Notes: generated from the letters alone by a model not told the origin. DNA of 32,000 nucleotides from Vibrio cholerae ATCC 14035 (GCF_000621645.1 NZ_JHXR01000016.1:74543-106542), one strand, 5' to 3'; positions 1 through 11,232 are shown, counted from the stretch's first letter. Program-made: numbers and translations.

Positions 1-68
1 CTTTTTTGATTTGTTTTGGTATACTGCCGCCCGCTTTTTCGTTCTTTAACATCCGTTGGGAAACTCGT

Positions 69-872
69 ATGCATCCAATGCTAAATATCGCTATTCGCGC
101 CGCGCGAAAAGCAGGTAACCATATTGCCAAATCTCTGGAAAACGCAGAGAAGATTCAAACTACTCAGAAAGGCAGCAACGACTTTGTGACTAACGTCGAC
201 AAAGAAGCAGAAGCGATTATCGTTTCAACCATCAAAAGCTCTTACCCTGAGCACTGCATCATTGCAGAAGAAGGCGGCCTTATCGAAGGTAAAGATAAGG
301 AAGTGCAATGGATCATCGACCCACTGGATGGCACCACTAACTTTGTAAAAGGTTTCCCTCACTTTGCTGTTTCTATTGCGGTACGCTTTAGAGGCAAAAC
401 TGAAGTCGCTTGTGTTTACGACCCAATGACTAACGAACTGTTCACTGCCCAACGTGGTGCAGGTGCACAGCTCAACAACGCTCGTATTCGCGTTCAGCCA
501 ATCAAAGATCTGCAAGGCGCAGTTTTGGCCACCGCATTCCCATTCAAACAAAAACAGCACTCAGAATCTTTCATGAAGATCCTCTCTGCAATGTTTGTTG
601 AATGTGCAGATTTCCGTCGTACTGGTTCAGCCGCACTGGATCTGTGCTACCTAGCCGCAAACCGCGTTGATGGCTACTTTGAGCTTGGCCTAAAACCTTG
701 GGATATGGCTGCAGGTGAACTGATTGCTCGTGAAGCGGGTGCCATCGTGACTGACTTTGCTGGCGGCACCGATTACATGCAATCGGGCAACATCGTGGCA
801 TCAAGCCCACGTGGTGTGAAAGCGATTCTGCAGCACATCCGTGAAAACGGTAACAGCGCAATTTTGAAATAA
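69..872 (+). CDS. suhB: Inositol-1-monophosphatase SuhB
   Basis: ORF 6..872. From the internal Met at 69 the protein reads MHPMLNIAIRAARKAGN, which matches the E. coli SuhB N-terminus as I recall it. IMPase motifs are present (WIIDPLDGTTNF, and the AALDLCYLAANRVDGYFE region). The 21 upstream codons look like a spurious extension. Confidence 0.95.
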   Translation: MHPMLNIAIRAARKAGNHIAKSLENAEKIQTTQKGSNDFVTNVDKEAEAIIVSTIKSSYPEHCIIAEEGGLIEGKDKEVQWIIDPLDGTTNFVKGFPHFAVSIAVRFRGKTEVACVYDPMTNELFTAQRGAGAQLNNARIRVQPIKDLQGAVLATAFPFKQKQHSESFMKILSAMFVECADFRRTGSAALDLCYLAANRVDGYFELGLKPWDMAAGELIAREAGAIVTDFAGGTDYMQSGNIVASSPRGVKAILQHIRENGNSAILK

Positions 873-897
873 TATCTGCTCCGTCACAGCTGATATC

Positions 898-926
898 GCC
901 CTGCCATTATGGCAGGGCTTTTTTTT
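898..926 (+). terminator. Rho-independent terminator after suhB
   Basis: GCCCTGCC (898-905) and GGCAGGGC (911-918) form a perfect 8-bp stem with a 5-nt loop. A run of 8 T follows (919-926), 26 nt after the suhB stop. Confidence 0.85.
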
Positions 927-988
927 GTTCTATCAACCGATCGCCTACTGCTTCATGATCAATCAGGTCATAGCTAACCAAGCTTGAT

Positions 989-1020
989 AAAAAAACCGCT
1001 GACTTAGCAGCGGTTTTTTT
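989..1020. terminator. Bidirectional rho-independent terminator (serves secF on the minus strand)
   Basis: ACCGCTG (995-1001) and CAGCGGT (1008-1014) form the stem. It is flanked by an A-run (989-995) and a T-run (1014-1020), so each strand reads hairpin plus U-tract. It lies 22 nt beyond the secF stop. Confidence 0.8.
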
Positions 1021-1041
1021 ATTTATCGATGAAAGAGATGC

Positions 1042-1989
1042 CTACGGCATTTCATCCAACTCTGCGCCTTCTTTCTCTACTTGTGGAGGCAATAAGTGCT
1101 CACGGGTGATCCCGAGTTTCAGCGCCAGTGCTGATGCCACATAGATAGAAGAATAAGTACCAACGGTAATACCCAGCAACAAGGCCAGCGCAAAACCGTG
1201 GATCATTGCTCCACCTTGAGTAAAGAGGGCAATCACCACAAACAAAGTGGTACCTGAAGTGATCAAAGTACGGCTCAAAGTTTGTGTAATTGAGCTATTC
1301 ATGATCTCTGCGGGTTCTTCTTTGCGCATCTTACGGAAGTTTTCACGGATCCGGTCAAACACCACGATGGTATCGTTGAGTGAGTAACCCACAACCGTCA
1401 GCAATGCTGCAACAATCGTGAGATCAACTTCAATCTGTAAGATAGAGAAGATGCCTAAAGTAATGATGACGTCGTGCGCCAATGCCAGCACCGCACCTGC
1501 AGCCAAACGCCATTCAAAGCGTACTGACACGTAAAGCAAGATACACAGCAAAGAAACCAGAATCGCCAAGCCGCCCGCTTCAGTGAGCTCATCACCCACG
1601 TTCGGGCCAACGAATTCGATACGGCGCATTTCCACGTTGCCGCCGGTACCTTCTTTGATCGCCGCGAGGATCTGGTTACCCAACGCCTCACCCGCCATAT
1701 CATCACGAGGACGTAGACGTACCATTACATCACGTGCAGAACCAAAGTTTTGCACGGTAGCATCACCAAAACCTTTCGCTTCAAGGGCGCTACGGATTTG
1801 CTCCAGATTGGCAGGCTGCTCAAAGCCCACTTCAATCAATGTACCGCCCGTGAAATCCAGCCCCCAGTTCAGCCATTTGGTAGACAGAGTAAAAATCGAT
1901 GCGGCAATCATCACCAGCGACAAGGCGAAGGCGAATTTCGACCAACGCATAAAGTCGATCATTTTGTCTGCTTTTAGGATTTGAAACAT
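1042..1989 (-). CDS. secF: Protein translocase subunit SecF
   Basis: 315-aa ORF. It has the FMRW...LNWGLDFTGG motif and a multi-TM profile typical of SecF. It starts 14 nt after the secD stop, in the canonical secD-secF order. Confidence 0.96.
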   Translation of the reverse strand: MFQILKADKMIDFMRWSKFAFALSLVMIAASIFTLSTKWLNWGLDFTGGTLIEVGFEQPANLEQIRSALEAKGFGDATVQNFGSARDVMVRLRPRDDMAGEALGNQILAAIKEGTGGNVEMRRIEFVGPNVGDELTEAGGLAILVSLLCILLYVSVRFEWRLAAGAVLALAHDVIITLGIFSILQIEVDLTIVAALLTVVGYSLNDTIVVFDRIRENFRKMRKEEPAEIMNSSITQTLSRTLITSGTTLFVVIALFTQGGAMIHGFALALLLGITVGTYSSIYVASALALKLGITREHLLPPQVEKEGAELDEMP

Positions 1990-2003
1990 AACTTACCCCA
2001 GCC

Positions 2004-3857
2004 TCAGATCGACAATTTGTTGATACGTTTGCCGCCATACAGCAGGTTCACGATACAACGTGTACCCACAATCGCGGTAAACATAGAGGTTAAAATACCG
2101 ATAGACAGCGTCACTGCGAAGCCTTTAATCGCCCCTGTACCAACGGCAAACAAAATGATCGCCGTAATTAAGGTGGTGATGTTGGCATCGGCAATGGTAC
2201 TGAATGCGTTAGCGTAACCTTGATGAATCGCTTGCTGCGGATTTTTTCCTTCGCGTAGCTCTTCACGAATACGCTCGAAAATCAGTACGTTGGCATCGAC
2301 CGCCATACCGACCGTCAACACGATACCAGCAATACCCGGCAAGGTCATGGTTGCGCCCGGGATCATCGACATTACGCCAATGATCAGCACGAGGTTCGCC
2401 ATCAGTGCGATGTTAGCGATCATGCCAAACTTACGGTAGTAAAGAACCGTAAACAGCATTACCGCCACCATACCCCAAATACAGGCCTGAATACCCATAT
2501 CGATATTCTGCTGACCCATTGATGGACCAATGGTGCGCTCTTCGACGATAGAAATTGGCGCAATCAAAGCACCGGCACGCAATAGCAGAGCAAGGTTATG
2601 CGCTTCTGCCGGTGAATCAATCCCAGTAATACGGAAGTTACGTCCCAATGCCGACTGAATCGTCGCTTGGTTAATCACTTCTTCATGCTTGGTCAGAATG
2701 ACTTTACCTTCAGGAGAGCGCTTACCGCTGTCTTTGTATTCAGCAAATACCGTCGCCATCAACTTGCCAATGTTCTTTTTCGAGAACGCTGACATCTTGT
2801 TGCCGCCTTCGCTATCGAGCGAAATGTTCACCTGTGGGCGACCATATTCGTCGGCGCTTGAGCTTGCATCGGTAATGCTTGAACCACCCAGAATCACGCG
2901 CTTTTTCAGCACTACAGGACGACCATTACGATCGAACTTGATTTCGCTGCCAGCTGGCGCACGTCCTGCTGCCGCAGCGGCAAGGTCGGCTTTATCGTCC
3001 ACTTCACGAAACTCAAGGGTTGCGGTCGCGCCTAAGATTTCTTTAGCACGCGCGGTGTCTTGTACACCCGGCAGCTCTACCACGATACGTGTCGCACCTT
3101 GGCGTTGAACCAGAGGCTCAGCCACACCCAGTTCGTTCACCCGGTTACGCAAAATAGTGATGTTCTGCTCAACGGCGTAGTTGCGAATTTCCTGTAAGCG
3201 AGCTTCGGTAAACTTAGCCACGAGCACAAAACGGCCATCGGATTCTGAAGTCGTAAAGGTCATATCACGGTGTTTCGACTCCAGAAGCAGCTTAGTTTGC
3301 GCAAGCTGCTCGGCATCACGCAGGGTCACTTCAACCGCATCCGATAATGGACGGATCGCGCGGTAACGAATTTTCTCGTCACGCAGATCACTGCGGAAAG
3401 CTTCTTCTTGTTGGCTGACCAATTTTTCCATCGCGGCATCCATATCCACTTCCATCAGGAAGTGCACACCACCACGCAGATCAAGGCCGAGTTTCATTGG
3501 TGCAGCACCAATTGACTCTAGCCAATCTGGCGTTGAAGGAGCGAGGTTTAACGCGACGATTTTATCCTTACCTAACGCTTCACTGATGATATCTCGGGCG
3601 CTGATTTGCGTATCCGTATCATTGAAACGAACAAGGATTGAGCCATTTTCAAGAGCAATGGATTTTTGGGAGAGTTGCGCTTTATTGAGCGCATCGGTGA
3701 CAGCATCCAGCGTTGACATATCAACAGAGGCGCCACGCGCCCCTGTTATTTGGATAGCTGGATCTTCACCGTAGATATTTGGAAGTGCATACAAGGCTGC
3801 AACGGCGATGGTTAACATCACCATCAGATACTTCCATAACGGATAACGGTTTAGCAC
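2004..3857 (-). CDS. secD: Protein translocase subunit SecD
   Basis: 617-aa ORF. The N-terminus [13 protein letters not shown]...[21 protein letters not shown] is nearly identical to E. coli SecD as I recall it. It has a large periplasmic domain and a C-terminal 6-TM block. Confidence 0.97.
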   Translation of the reverse strand: MLNRYPLWKYLMVMLTIAVAALYALPNIYGEDPAIQITGARGASVDMSTLDAVTDALNKAQLSQKSIALENGSILVRFNDTDTQISARDIISEALGKDKIVALNLAPSTPDWLESIGAAPMKLGLDLRGGVHFLMEVDMDAAMEKLVSQQEEAFRSDLRDEKIRYRAIRPLSDAVEVTLRDAEQLAQTKLLLESKHRDMTFTTSESDGRFVLVAKFTEARLQEIRNYAVEQNITILRNRVNELGVAEPLVQRQGATRIVVELPGVQDTARAKEILGATATLEFREVDDKADLAAAAAGRAPAGSEIKFDRNGRPVVLKKRVILGGSSITDASSSADEYGRPQVNISLDSEGGNKMSAFSKKNIGKLMATVFAEYKDSGKRSPEGKVILTKHEEVINQATIQSALGRNFRITGIDSPAEAHNLALLLRAGALIAPISIVEERTIGPSMGQQNIDMGIQACIWGMVAVMLFTVLYYRKFGMIANIALMANLVLIIGVMSMIPGATMTLPGIAGIVLTVGMAVDANVLIFERIREELREGKNPQQAIHQGYANAFSTIADANITTLITAIILFAVGTGAIKGFAVTLSIGILTSMFTAIVGTRCIVNLLYGGKRINKLSI

Positions 3858-3878
3858 AGCGAGGATCCTATGGCTGTT

Positions 3879-4211
3879 TTAAAGAGATTTCAGCGTACCT
3901 TTTGGCAGCACTGCAGTCACGAAGTCCTTCTTGATCACAACTTCGTTGTTGGTGTTCAACTCGATTGTGATGTAAGCGTTATCTTCAGCAATCTTAGTGA
4001 TACGACCCACTAGACCACCAGAGGTCAACACTTCGTCACCTTTTGCCATCGCAGCCATCAGGTTTTTGTGTTCTTTGACACGCTTAGCTTGTGGACGGTA
4101 GATCATGAAATAGAAGATCACTGCGAACATCGCGAGCATGATGATCATTTCAAAACCGCCACCTTGTGGGGCACCTTCGCCTGCGGCATGTGCTACAGAA
4201 ATTAAACTCAT
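3879..4211 (-). CDS. yajC: Preprotein translocase accessory subunit YajC
   Basis: 110-aa ORF with a single TM. The motifs FYFMIYRPQAKRVKEHKNLM...KGDEVLTSGGLVGRITK...VLPKGTLKSL are co-linear with E. coli YajC. It sits immediately upstream of secD. Confidence 0.95.
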   Translation of the reverse strand: MSLISVAHAAGEGAPQGGGFEMIIMLAMFAVIFYFMIYRPQAKRVKEHKNLMAAMAKGDEVLTSGGLVGRITKIAEDNAYITIELNTNNEVVIKKDFVTAVLPKGTLKSL

Positions 4212-4315
4212 TGAGAAACGTCCTCTAAGTTATTGTTGTTTAATGTTGATTCTATTGGGATGCACAGGGGTGAATTCAAGCGGCTTACCACGCAAATCCA
4301 ACCCAGTGCACGAAA

Positions 4316-5491
<1,176 letters not shown>

Positions 5492-5683
5492 TTACCCACC
5501 TAATCGCGCAAACTTACGCTCTCAGCAGGTCGATAATTCAAGCCTTATTGCCATCAACAAGGCTCTTTGCGGAGCGGTCGCGTTTCCCTGCGAAAAAGGT
5601 CTGCACCTTTTCTGGCTACTGCCAGCACTCGTTTTCGTTATCCCTTGCCACCTGAAGCAACCACTCCAAGTGATTAGGGATGA

Positions 5684-6742
5684 TTACGCTTTAGTCGTCT
5701 GCTTACGAATAAACATCGCATCGCCGTAACTAAAGAAGCGATATTGCTCTTTGACCGCATGTTCATAAGCGGCCATGGTGTGCTCATAACCTGCAAACGC
5801 ACTCACCAGCATGATCAAGGTCGATTCAGGCAAGTGGAAATTGGTGATCAAGCAATCCACCAACTGGTATTGATACCCCGGGAAGATGAAGATTTCGGTA
5901 TCACCAAAAAATGGCTTTAACTCGGTGCCTTTTTGCAGCGCATCTTGCGCCGCACTTTCGAGTGAACGTACTGAGGTGGTACCCACAGCAACCACTCGAC
6001 CACCACGCGCTTTGGTCGCCGCAATCGCATCCACCACTTCTTGTGGCACTTCAACGTATTCCGCATGCATATGGTGATCGTGAATATTTTCCACCCGCAC
6101 AGGCTGGAAGGTCCCCGCGCCAACATGCAGTGTCACATACGCCAACTCAACGCCTTTGGCTTGGATCTGCTCAAGCAGCGCTTGGTCAAAATGCAAACCC
6201 GCCGTTGGGGCAGCTACCGCACCCGGCTTTTGGTTGTACACCGTTTGATAACGCTCTTTATCTGTCTCTTCATCAGGACGGTCGATGTAAGGTGGCAACG
6301 GCATGTGACCAATTTGATTGAGAATATCCAATACCACGGTTTCCGCAGTAAAACGGATTTCAAACAACGCATCGTGACGCGCCTGCATCACGGCATGAAA
6401 CTCATCGTTCTCGCCTAAATAAAGTTCAGTACCCGGTTTGGGCGGTTTTGATGAACGAACGTGCGCTAAAATCGTGTGCTCATCGAGCATACGCTCTACC
6501 AACACTTCTAATTTGCCACCGCTGGCTTTGCGCCCAAACATGCGAGCTGGGATCACTCGCGTGTTGTTAAACACCAGCAGATCTCCCGGTTCAACCAGTT
6601 CGAGGACATCTTTAAAGGTGCCATCCACCAGTTGACCACTGTTGCCGTCAAGCTGCAGCAAGCGGCTCGCGGTACGTTCTGCTTTTGGGTAGCGAGCAAT
6701 CAGCTCGTCTGGGAGTTCAAAATGAAAATCTGAAACTTGCAT
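5684..6742 (-). CDS. queA: S-adenosylmethionine:tRNA ribosyltransferase-isomerase
   Basis: 352-aa ORF. The N-terminus [19 protein letters not shown] and the motifs AAPTAGLHF and [12 protein letters not shown] are typical of QueA. It is upstream of tgt. Confidence 0.96.
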   Translation of the reverse strand: MQVSDFHFELPDELIARYPKAERTASRLLQLDGNSGQLVDGTFKDVLELVEPGDLLVFNNTRVIPARMFGRKASGGKLEVLVERMLDEHTILAHVRSSKPPKPGTELYLGENDEFHAVMQARHDALFEIRFTAETVVLDILNQIGHMPLPPYIDRPDEETDKERYQTVYNQKPGAVAAPTAGLHFDQALLEQIQAKGVELAYVTLHVGAGTFQPVRVENIHDHHMHAEYVEVPQEVVDAIAATKARGGRVVAVGTTSVRSLESAAQDALQKGTELKPFFGDTEIFIFPGYQYQLVDCLITNFHLPESTLIMLVSAFAGYEHTMAAYEHAVKEQYRFFSYGDAMFIRKQTTKA

Positions 6743-7031
6743 GGCTCTTTCTTGATTAAGTGATCAGTATCGTCGCCCGATTTCGCGGCGCGCCAGTATA
6801 TACCTAAGTGCGCTCAAGATACAGGAATGCTGCGTGGTGATACACCTCTCGCAAGGTAACCTTTTGTAAAGAGCCATCAGGTTCGCCAACGGATTCAACA
6901 ATCCGCATATTTCGGTTTCACTTCGCAGAAGTTGCTGGCCAATCACACTATAGTTAAATAATAAAGCGTTAATGGGAAAAGGGGTTAGAGACCCCGGCTC
7001 CGATGGTTCTCTGCGCAGAAAGGAGTTGGCT

Positions 7032-7481
7032 ATGATCAAAGTTGAAGACATGATGACGCGTCACCCGCACACCTTATTGCGGACTCACACGCTCAACGAT
7101 GCGAAACATCTTATGGAGGCGCTGGATATTCGCCACGTGCCGATTGTGGATGCGAATAAAAAGCTGCTGGGTATCGTCAGCCAACGCGATTTGTTGGCGG
7201 CTCAGGAATCCAGCTTGCAGCGCAGTGCCCAAGGCGATTCTCTCACCTTCGAAACTCCGCTGTTTGAGGTGATGCACACCGATGTTGCGAGCGTCGCGCC
7301 GCAAGCGGGGCTCAAAGAAAGCGCAATTTACATGCAAAAACACAAAATTGGCTGTTTGCCTGTCGTCGCCAAAGACGTGTTAGTTGGGATCATTACCGAC
7401 AGTGATTTCGTGACAATTGCGATCAATCTGCTCGAGCTTCAGGAAGAGAGTGAACCCGATGAGTTGGATGAGGAGCAATAA
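7032..7481 (+). CDS. Stand-alone CBS-pair domain protein with an acidic C-terminal tail
   Basis: ORF 6972..7481. The preferred start is ATG 7032, because AGGAG at 7021-7025 sits 6 nt upstream. Two CBS-like repeats are visible (MTRHPHTL...HVPIVD...LLGIVSQRDLL and VMHTDVASV...GCLPVV...VLVGIITDSDFV). The C-terminus is EESEPDELDEEQ. Confidence 0.85.
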   Translation: MIKVEDMMTRHPHTLLRTHTLNDAKHLMEALDIRHVPIVDANKKLLGIVSQRDLLAAQESSLQRSAQGDSLTFETPLFEVMHTDVASVAPQAGLKESAIYMQKHKIGCLPVVAKDVLVGIITDSDFVTIAINLLELQEESEPDELDEEQ

Positions 7482-7580
7482 GTCAAGCTATCACCCGATT
7501 CATTCTCGGCTCGGCCAAACGATTTGTAGCGGCATGTAGGAATGGGTTCGCCATACTCAAGCAGAGTAAACGCTCACCCT

Positions 7581-7604
7581 AAAAAAGGCGGCCATTCGGC
7601 CGCC
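7581..7604 (-). terminator. Rho-independent terminator after aceA
   Basis: The minus strand reads GGCGGCC-GAAT-GGCCGCC followed by TTTTTT (complement of 7581-7586). It lies 30 nt beyond the aceA stop, and the same hairpin faces the convergent CBS gene. Confidence 0.85.
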
Positions 7605-7633
7605 AAGGTTCGCACAGAATGGTGGATTATCGA

Positions 7634-8947
7634 TTAGTGAAATTGATCTTCTTCGGTTGAGCCGGTCAGAGCCGTCACCGAACTGTTGCCGCCTTGAATG
7701 GTGTTGGTCATCTTATCGAAGTAACCCGTCCCCACTTCTTGTTGGTGCGCCACGAAGGTATAACCTTTGGATGCTGCTTCAAATTCGCGACGCTGTACCA
7801 TTTCGACATAGTGACGCATACCTTCGCCTTGCGCGTAAGCGTGCGCTAACTCAAACATGTTAAACCACATGTTGTGAATACCCGCTAACGTGATGAACTG
7901 GTACTTGTAACCCATGTCCGACAGCGCTTGCTGGAAATGGGCGATGGTTTTCGCATCGAGATTCTTTTCCCAGTTGAACGACGGTGAGCAGTTGTAAGCC
8001 AACAGTTGATCTGGGTATTGTGCATGAATCGCTTCAGCAAATTTACGCGCTTCTTCCAGATCCGGCTTCGCGGTTTCACACCACACCAAATCTGCGTAAG
8101 GTGCGTAAGCCAAGCCGCGAGAAATCGCTTGGTCAATGCCCGCGCGTACACGGTAGAAACCTTCGGAAGTACGCTCACCGGTCACGAAATCGGCATCGTA
8201 CGGATCGCTGTCTGAAGTGAGCAAATCGGCGGCGTTAGCATCGGTGCGAGCAATCACTAACGTAGTCGTGCCTGCAACATCGGCAGCCAAACGTGCTGCA
8301 ATCAGTTTTTGCACCGCTTCTTGAGTCGGTACCAATACTTTGCCGCCCATGTGGCCACATTTTTTCACCGAAGCCAATTGGTCTTCAAAGTGAACGCCAG
8401 CAGCGCCCGCTTCAATCATAGATTTCATCAACTCATAAGCGTTGAGTACGCCACCAAAACCGGCTTCCGCATCCGCGACGATTGGCAGGAAGTAATCAAT
8501 TCCGCCTTCATCTTGTGGTGATTTGCCGTTTGACCACTGGATTTGGTCAGCGCGACGAAACGCATTATTGATGCGGCGTACGACTGACGGTACAGAATCC
8601 ACTGGATAGAGAGATTGGTCTGGGTACATGGTGCCTGCGGTGTTGTTATCCGCCGCCACTTGCCAGCCAGAGAGATAAATCGCTTCAATGCCCGCCTTGG
8701 CTTGTTGCACCGCTTGGCCGCCAGTGAGTGCGCCCAAACAGTTCACATACCCTTTTTTCGCTGAACCATTCACCAGTTCCCACAGTTTGTCTGCACCACG
8801 TTGGGCGATGGTATTGGCTGGTACAACCGAGCCGCGCAAACTCACCACTTCTTCAGCGGTGTAAGTGCGTTTCACATTTTTCCAGCGTGGGTTGGTTGCC
8901 CAATCTTTTTCTAGTGCTTCAATTTGTTGGCGACGAGTCAGTGTCAT
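7634..8947 (-). CDS. aceA: Isocitrate lyase
   Basis: 437-aa ORF. It begins [16 protein letters not shown]...[11 protein letters not shown] and carries the catalytic signature KKCGHMGGK. It is co-linear with E. coli AceA. Confidence 0.97.
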   Translation of the reverse strand: MTLTRRQQIEALEKDWATNPRWKNVKRTYTAEEVVSLRGSVVPANTIAQRGADKLWELVNGSAKKGYVNCLGALTGGQAVQQAKAGIEAIYLSGWQVAADNNTAGTMYPDQSLYPVDSVPSVVRRINNAFRRADQIQWSNGKSPQDEGGIDYFLPIVADAEAGFGGVLNAYELMKSMIEAGAAGVHFEDQLASVKKCGHMGGKVLVPTQEAVQKLIAARLAADVAGTTTLVIARTDANAADLLTSDSDPYDADFVTGERTSEGFYRVRAGIDQAISRGLAYAPYADLVWCETAKPDLEEARKFAEAIHAQYPDQLLAYNCSPSFNWEKNLDAKTIAHFQQALSDMGYKYQFITLAGIHNMWFNMFELAHAYAQGEGMRHYVEMVQRREFEAASKGYTFVAHQQEVGTGYFDKMTNTIQGGNSSVTALTGSTEEDQFH

Positions 8948-9076
8948 AATCTATCCCTCTTGTATATTGGTTGCCTGTTGGCAGCTCGATTCCTTGTTCG
9001 ATCAGTACTGCGCTCGCTGATCGTAAAGTGGTTTCACGTTACTGGTGTTTTTTCACCTTACTGGTGTTATAGAGGC

Positions 9077-10714
9077 CTACGGCAAGTAGTCGTAGCCCGG
9101 TATGGTTAAGAAATTCGGTAGCTCTTGACTGGTCGTTAAGCGCTCCATCAATTCGGCCGCTTCAGTAAAACGCCCTTGTGCAAAACGGGACTCACCCACT
9201 TCACTTTTCACCACCTCAATCTCTTGTTTGAGGTAGTCGCGAAACAGTTCGTTAGTGACCACTTGCCCGTTATCTAACGTTTTGCCGTGTTGGATCCATT
9301 GCCAAATCGAAGCGCGTGAAATCTCCGCTGTCGCCGCATCTTCCATCAAGCCGTAGATCGGCACACAACCGTTACCAGAAATCCATGCTTCGATGTATTG
9401 CAACGCAACGCGAATGTTGTGGCGCATGCCATGCTCAGAGCGTGGCCCATCGCAAGGTGCCAATAGATCGGCCGCGGTTATCGGAGCATCGGCCATTCGG
9501 CTTACATTGAGTTGGTTTTTGCGCTCACCAAGCACTTCGTTAAACACCGCCATCGCGGTATCCGCTAAACCGGGGTGAGCAACCCAAGTGCCATCGTGGC
9601 CATTGGTCGCTTCAAGCATTTTGTCGCCGCGAATTTTTTGTAGCACTTGCTCATTGAGCGCAGGATCTTTGGCTGGAATAAACGCCGCCATCCCGCCCAT
9701 CGCAAACGCGCCGCGTTTATGACAGGTGTAAATCAACAAACGGGAATACGCATTGAGGAAAGGCTTATCCATGGTCACCACTTGGCGATCCGGCAATACG
9801 CGGTCGGGATGCTTTTTCAAGGTTTTGATGTAGCTGAAAATATAATCCCAGCGTCCACAGTTCAGACCGACAATGTGCTCTTTGAGTGAGAAGAGGATCT
9901 CATCCATCTGAAATACCGCAGGCAGAGTTTCAATCAACACTGTTGCTTTGATGGTGCCTGTGTCTAAACCAAAATAATCTTCCGTGAAATGGAACACGTC
10001 ACTCCACCACTGCGCCTCTTGATAAGCTTGCAGCTTAGGTAGGTAGAAATAAGGGCCACTGCCTTTTTTCAACAGTGCGCGATGGTTGTTGTAAAAATAG
10101 AGCGCAAAATCGAACAGTGAACTGGGAATCGCCAAGCCGTTGTAAGTGACATGTTTTTCTTTGAGATGCAGACCGCGCACGCGGCAGATAAGCACCGCTG
10201 GGTTGGCATTGAGCTCATAACGCTTGCCATTATCTGGGTTGGTATAGCTTATGCAGCCCAGAATCGCATCACGCAGGTTGATCTGCCCATCCAACACCTT
10301 GTCCCACGCGGGCGACATCGAATCTTCAAAGTCAGCCATAAAGACTTTCACATTCGCGTTCAGTGCATTAATCACCATTTTGCGATCGATTGGCCCCGTG
10401 ATCTCTACGCGACGATCTTGCAGATCGTCTGGAATGCCGAGAATCTTCCAGCTTCCTTCACGGATATCTTTGGTTTCGGCAAGAAAATCAGGTAGCTGGC
10501 CTTGGTCGATAAGCGTTTGTTTTTGTTCACGCAAGTTCAGCAATTCATCAACTCGCGGCGCAAAGCGCTCACAGAGTTGCTGTAAAAAAGTTTGGGCTTC
10601 GACAGGGAAAATCGCTTGATGTTCGGGTGAAAGGGTACCCACCACAGCAAGCTTGCCTTGGGTGATTTTGGTTTCCGTGGTGTGTTGGGTTAATTCAGCA
10701 GTATTGATTGACAT
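9077..10714 (-). CDS. aceB: Malate synthase A
   Basis: ORF 9077..10747. The preferred start is the Met at 10714 (MSINTAELTQ...), preceded by the SD AAGGAAGGA. The block RRVEITGPIDRKMVINALNANVKVFMADFEDS is nearly identical to E. coli AceB as I recall it. Confidence 0.95.
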   Translation of the reverse strand: MSINTAELTQHTTETKITQGKLAVVGTLSPEHQAIFPVEAQTFLQQLCERFAPRVDELLNLREQKQTLIDQGQLPDFLAETKDIREGSWKILGIPDDLQDRRVEITGPIDRKMVINALNANVKVFMADFEDSMSPAWDKVLDGQINLRDAILGCISYTNPDNGKRYELNANPAVLICRVRGLHLKEKHVTYNGLAIPSSLFDFALYFYNNHRALLKKGSGPYFYLPKLQAYQEAQWWSDVFHFTEDYFGLDTGTIKATVLIETLPAVFQMDEILFSLKEHIVGLNCGRWDYIFSYIKTLKKHPDRVLPDRQVVTMDKPFLNAYSRLLIYTCHKRGAFAMGGMAAFIPAKDPALNEQVLQKIRGDKMLEATNGHDGTWVAHPGLADTAMAVFNEVLGERKNQLNVSRMADAPITAADLLAPCDGPRSEHGMRHNIRVALQYIEAWISGNGCVPIYGLMEDAATAEISRASIWQWIQHGKTLDNGQVVTNELFRDYLKQEIEVVKSEVGESRFAQGRFTEAAELMERLTTSQELPNFLTIPGYDYLP

Positions 10715-11232
10715 AAATTCCTTCCTTGAAACACTCACCAAGAACATTTGTAACTTTAAAACTACAAATTTTCATTATTCAGTTGGCTTATCCGTTGTGA
10801 TTTAAAGTCACTTAAATTGCGCACTTTTGCAAGACTCCGGGCACTAGACATAAGTCTTAACAATGCCAATAAACCTTAACCCACAAAGCACCAACAAGAA
10901 AGAGCAAAAGTTAACCCAAGGTTAAATTCGAAGTTTTATTCGGTTGCCACCCCCACACAATTCACACACCAAAATACGTAAGTTATTACGTAATTTAATT
11001 ACACAAAAATTGACATTGAAAATAGCACTTAAACAAGTGTTTAAATTTATCCTTACGGTATAAAAGGTCGGAATGACTGGCTTAGAGCGGAACCCATCGT
11101 CTGTAATTAAAACAGCGTTACGGTCAGGATATGTAAAATTCACATTGTGAATATTTACAATTTTATGAAAGCCCCACCAATTTTGACTTGTGAAATTTCA
11201 CAATTAAAAAATCACTAACCACACAAAATGCT

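Noticed and set aside
6981-7012. I considered a preQ1-type riboswitch in the CBS leader, because the neighbours are the queuosine genes queA and tgt.
   Set aside because: The region lacks the A-rich 3' tail and the conserved loop nucleotides of the preQ1-I motif as I remember them. The downstream gene is not a known preQ1-regulated type. Only the generic anti-SD geometry is retained as a finding.
6764-7051. A 95-aa minus-strand ORF that fills the queA/CBS intergenic region.
   Set aside because: It has no SD. Its start overlaps the CBS gene start on the other strand, and it has no recognisable motif. The region is better explained as divergent promoters plus a structured leader. A small protein cannot be fully excluded.
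10922-11143. A 73-aa minus-strand ORF in the region upstream of aceB.
   Set aside because: It lies in AT-rich, palindrome-rich, regulatory-looking DNA. It has no SD and odd composition, so it is most likely a chance ORF.
11188-11203. I considered whether the TTGTGAAATTTCACAA palindrome is a CRP site.
   Set aside because: The CRP consensus is TGTGA-N6-TCACA, and here the half-sites are separated by 4 nt. Reading it instead as TGTGA-N6-ACAAT gives only one good half-site. I therefore report it as an unassigned operator candidate, not as a CRP site.
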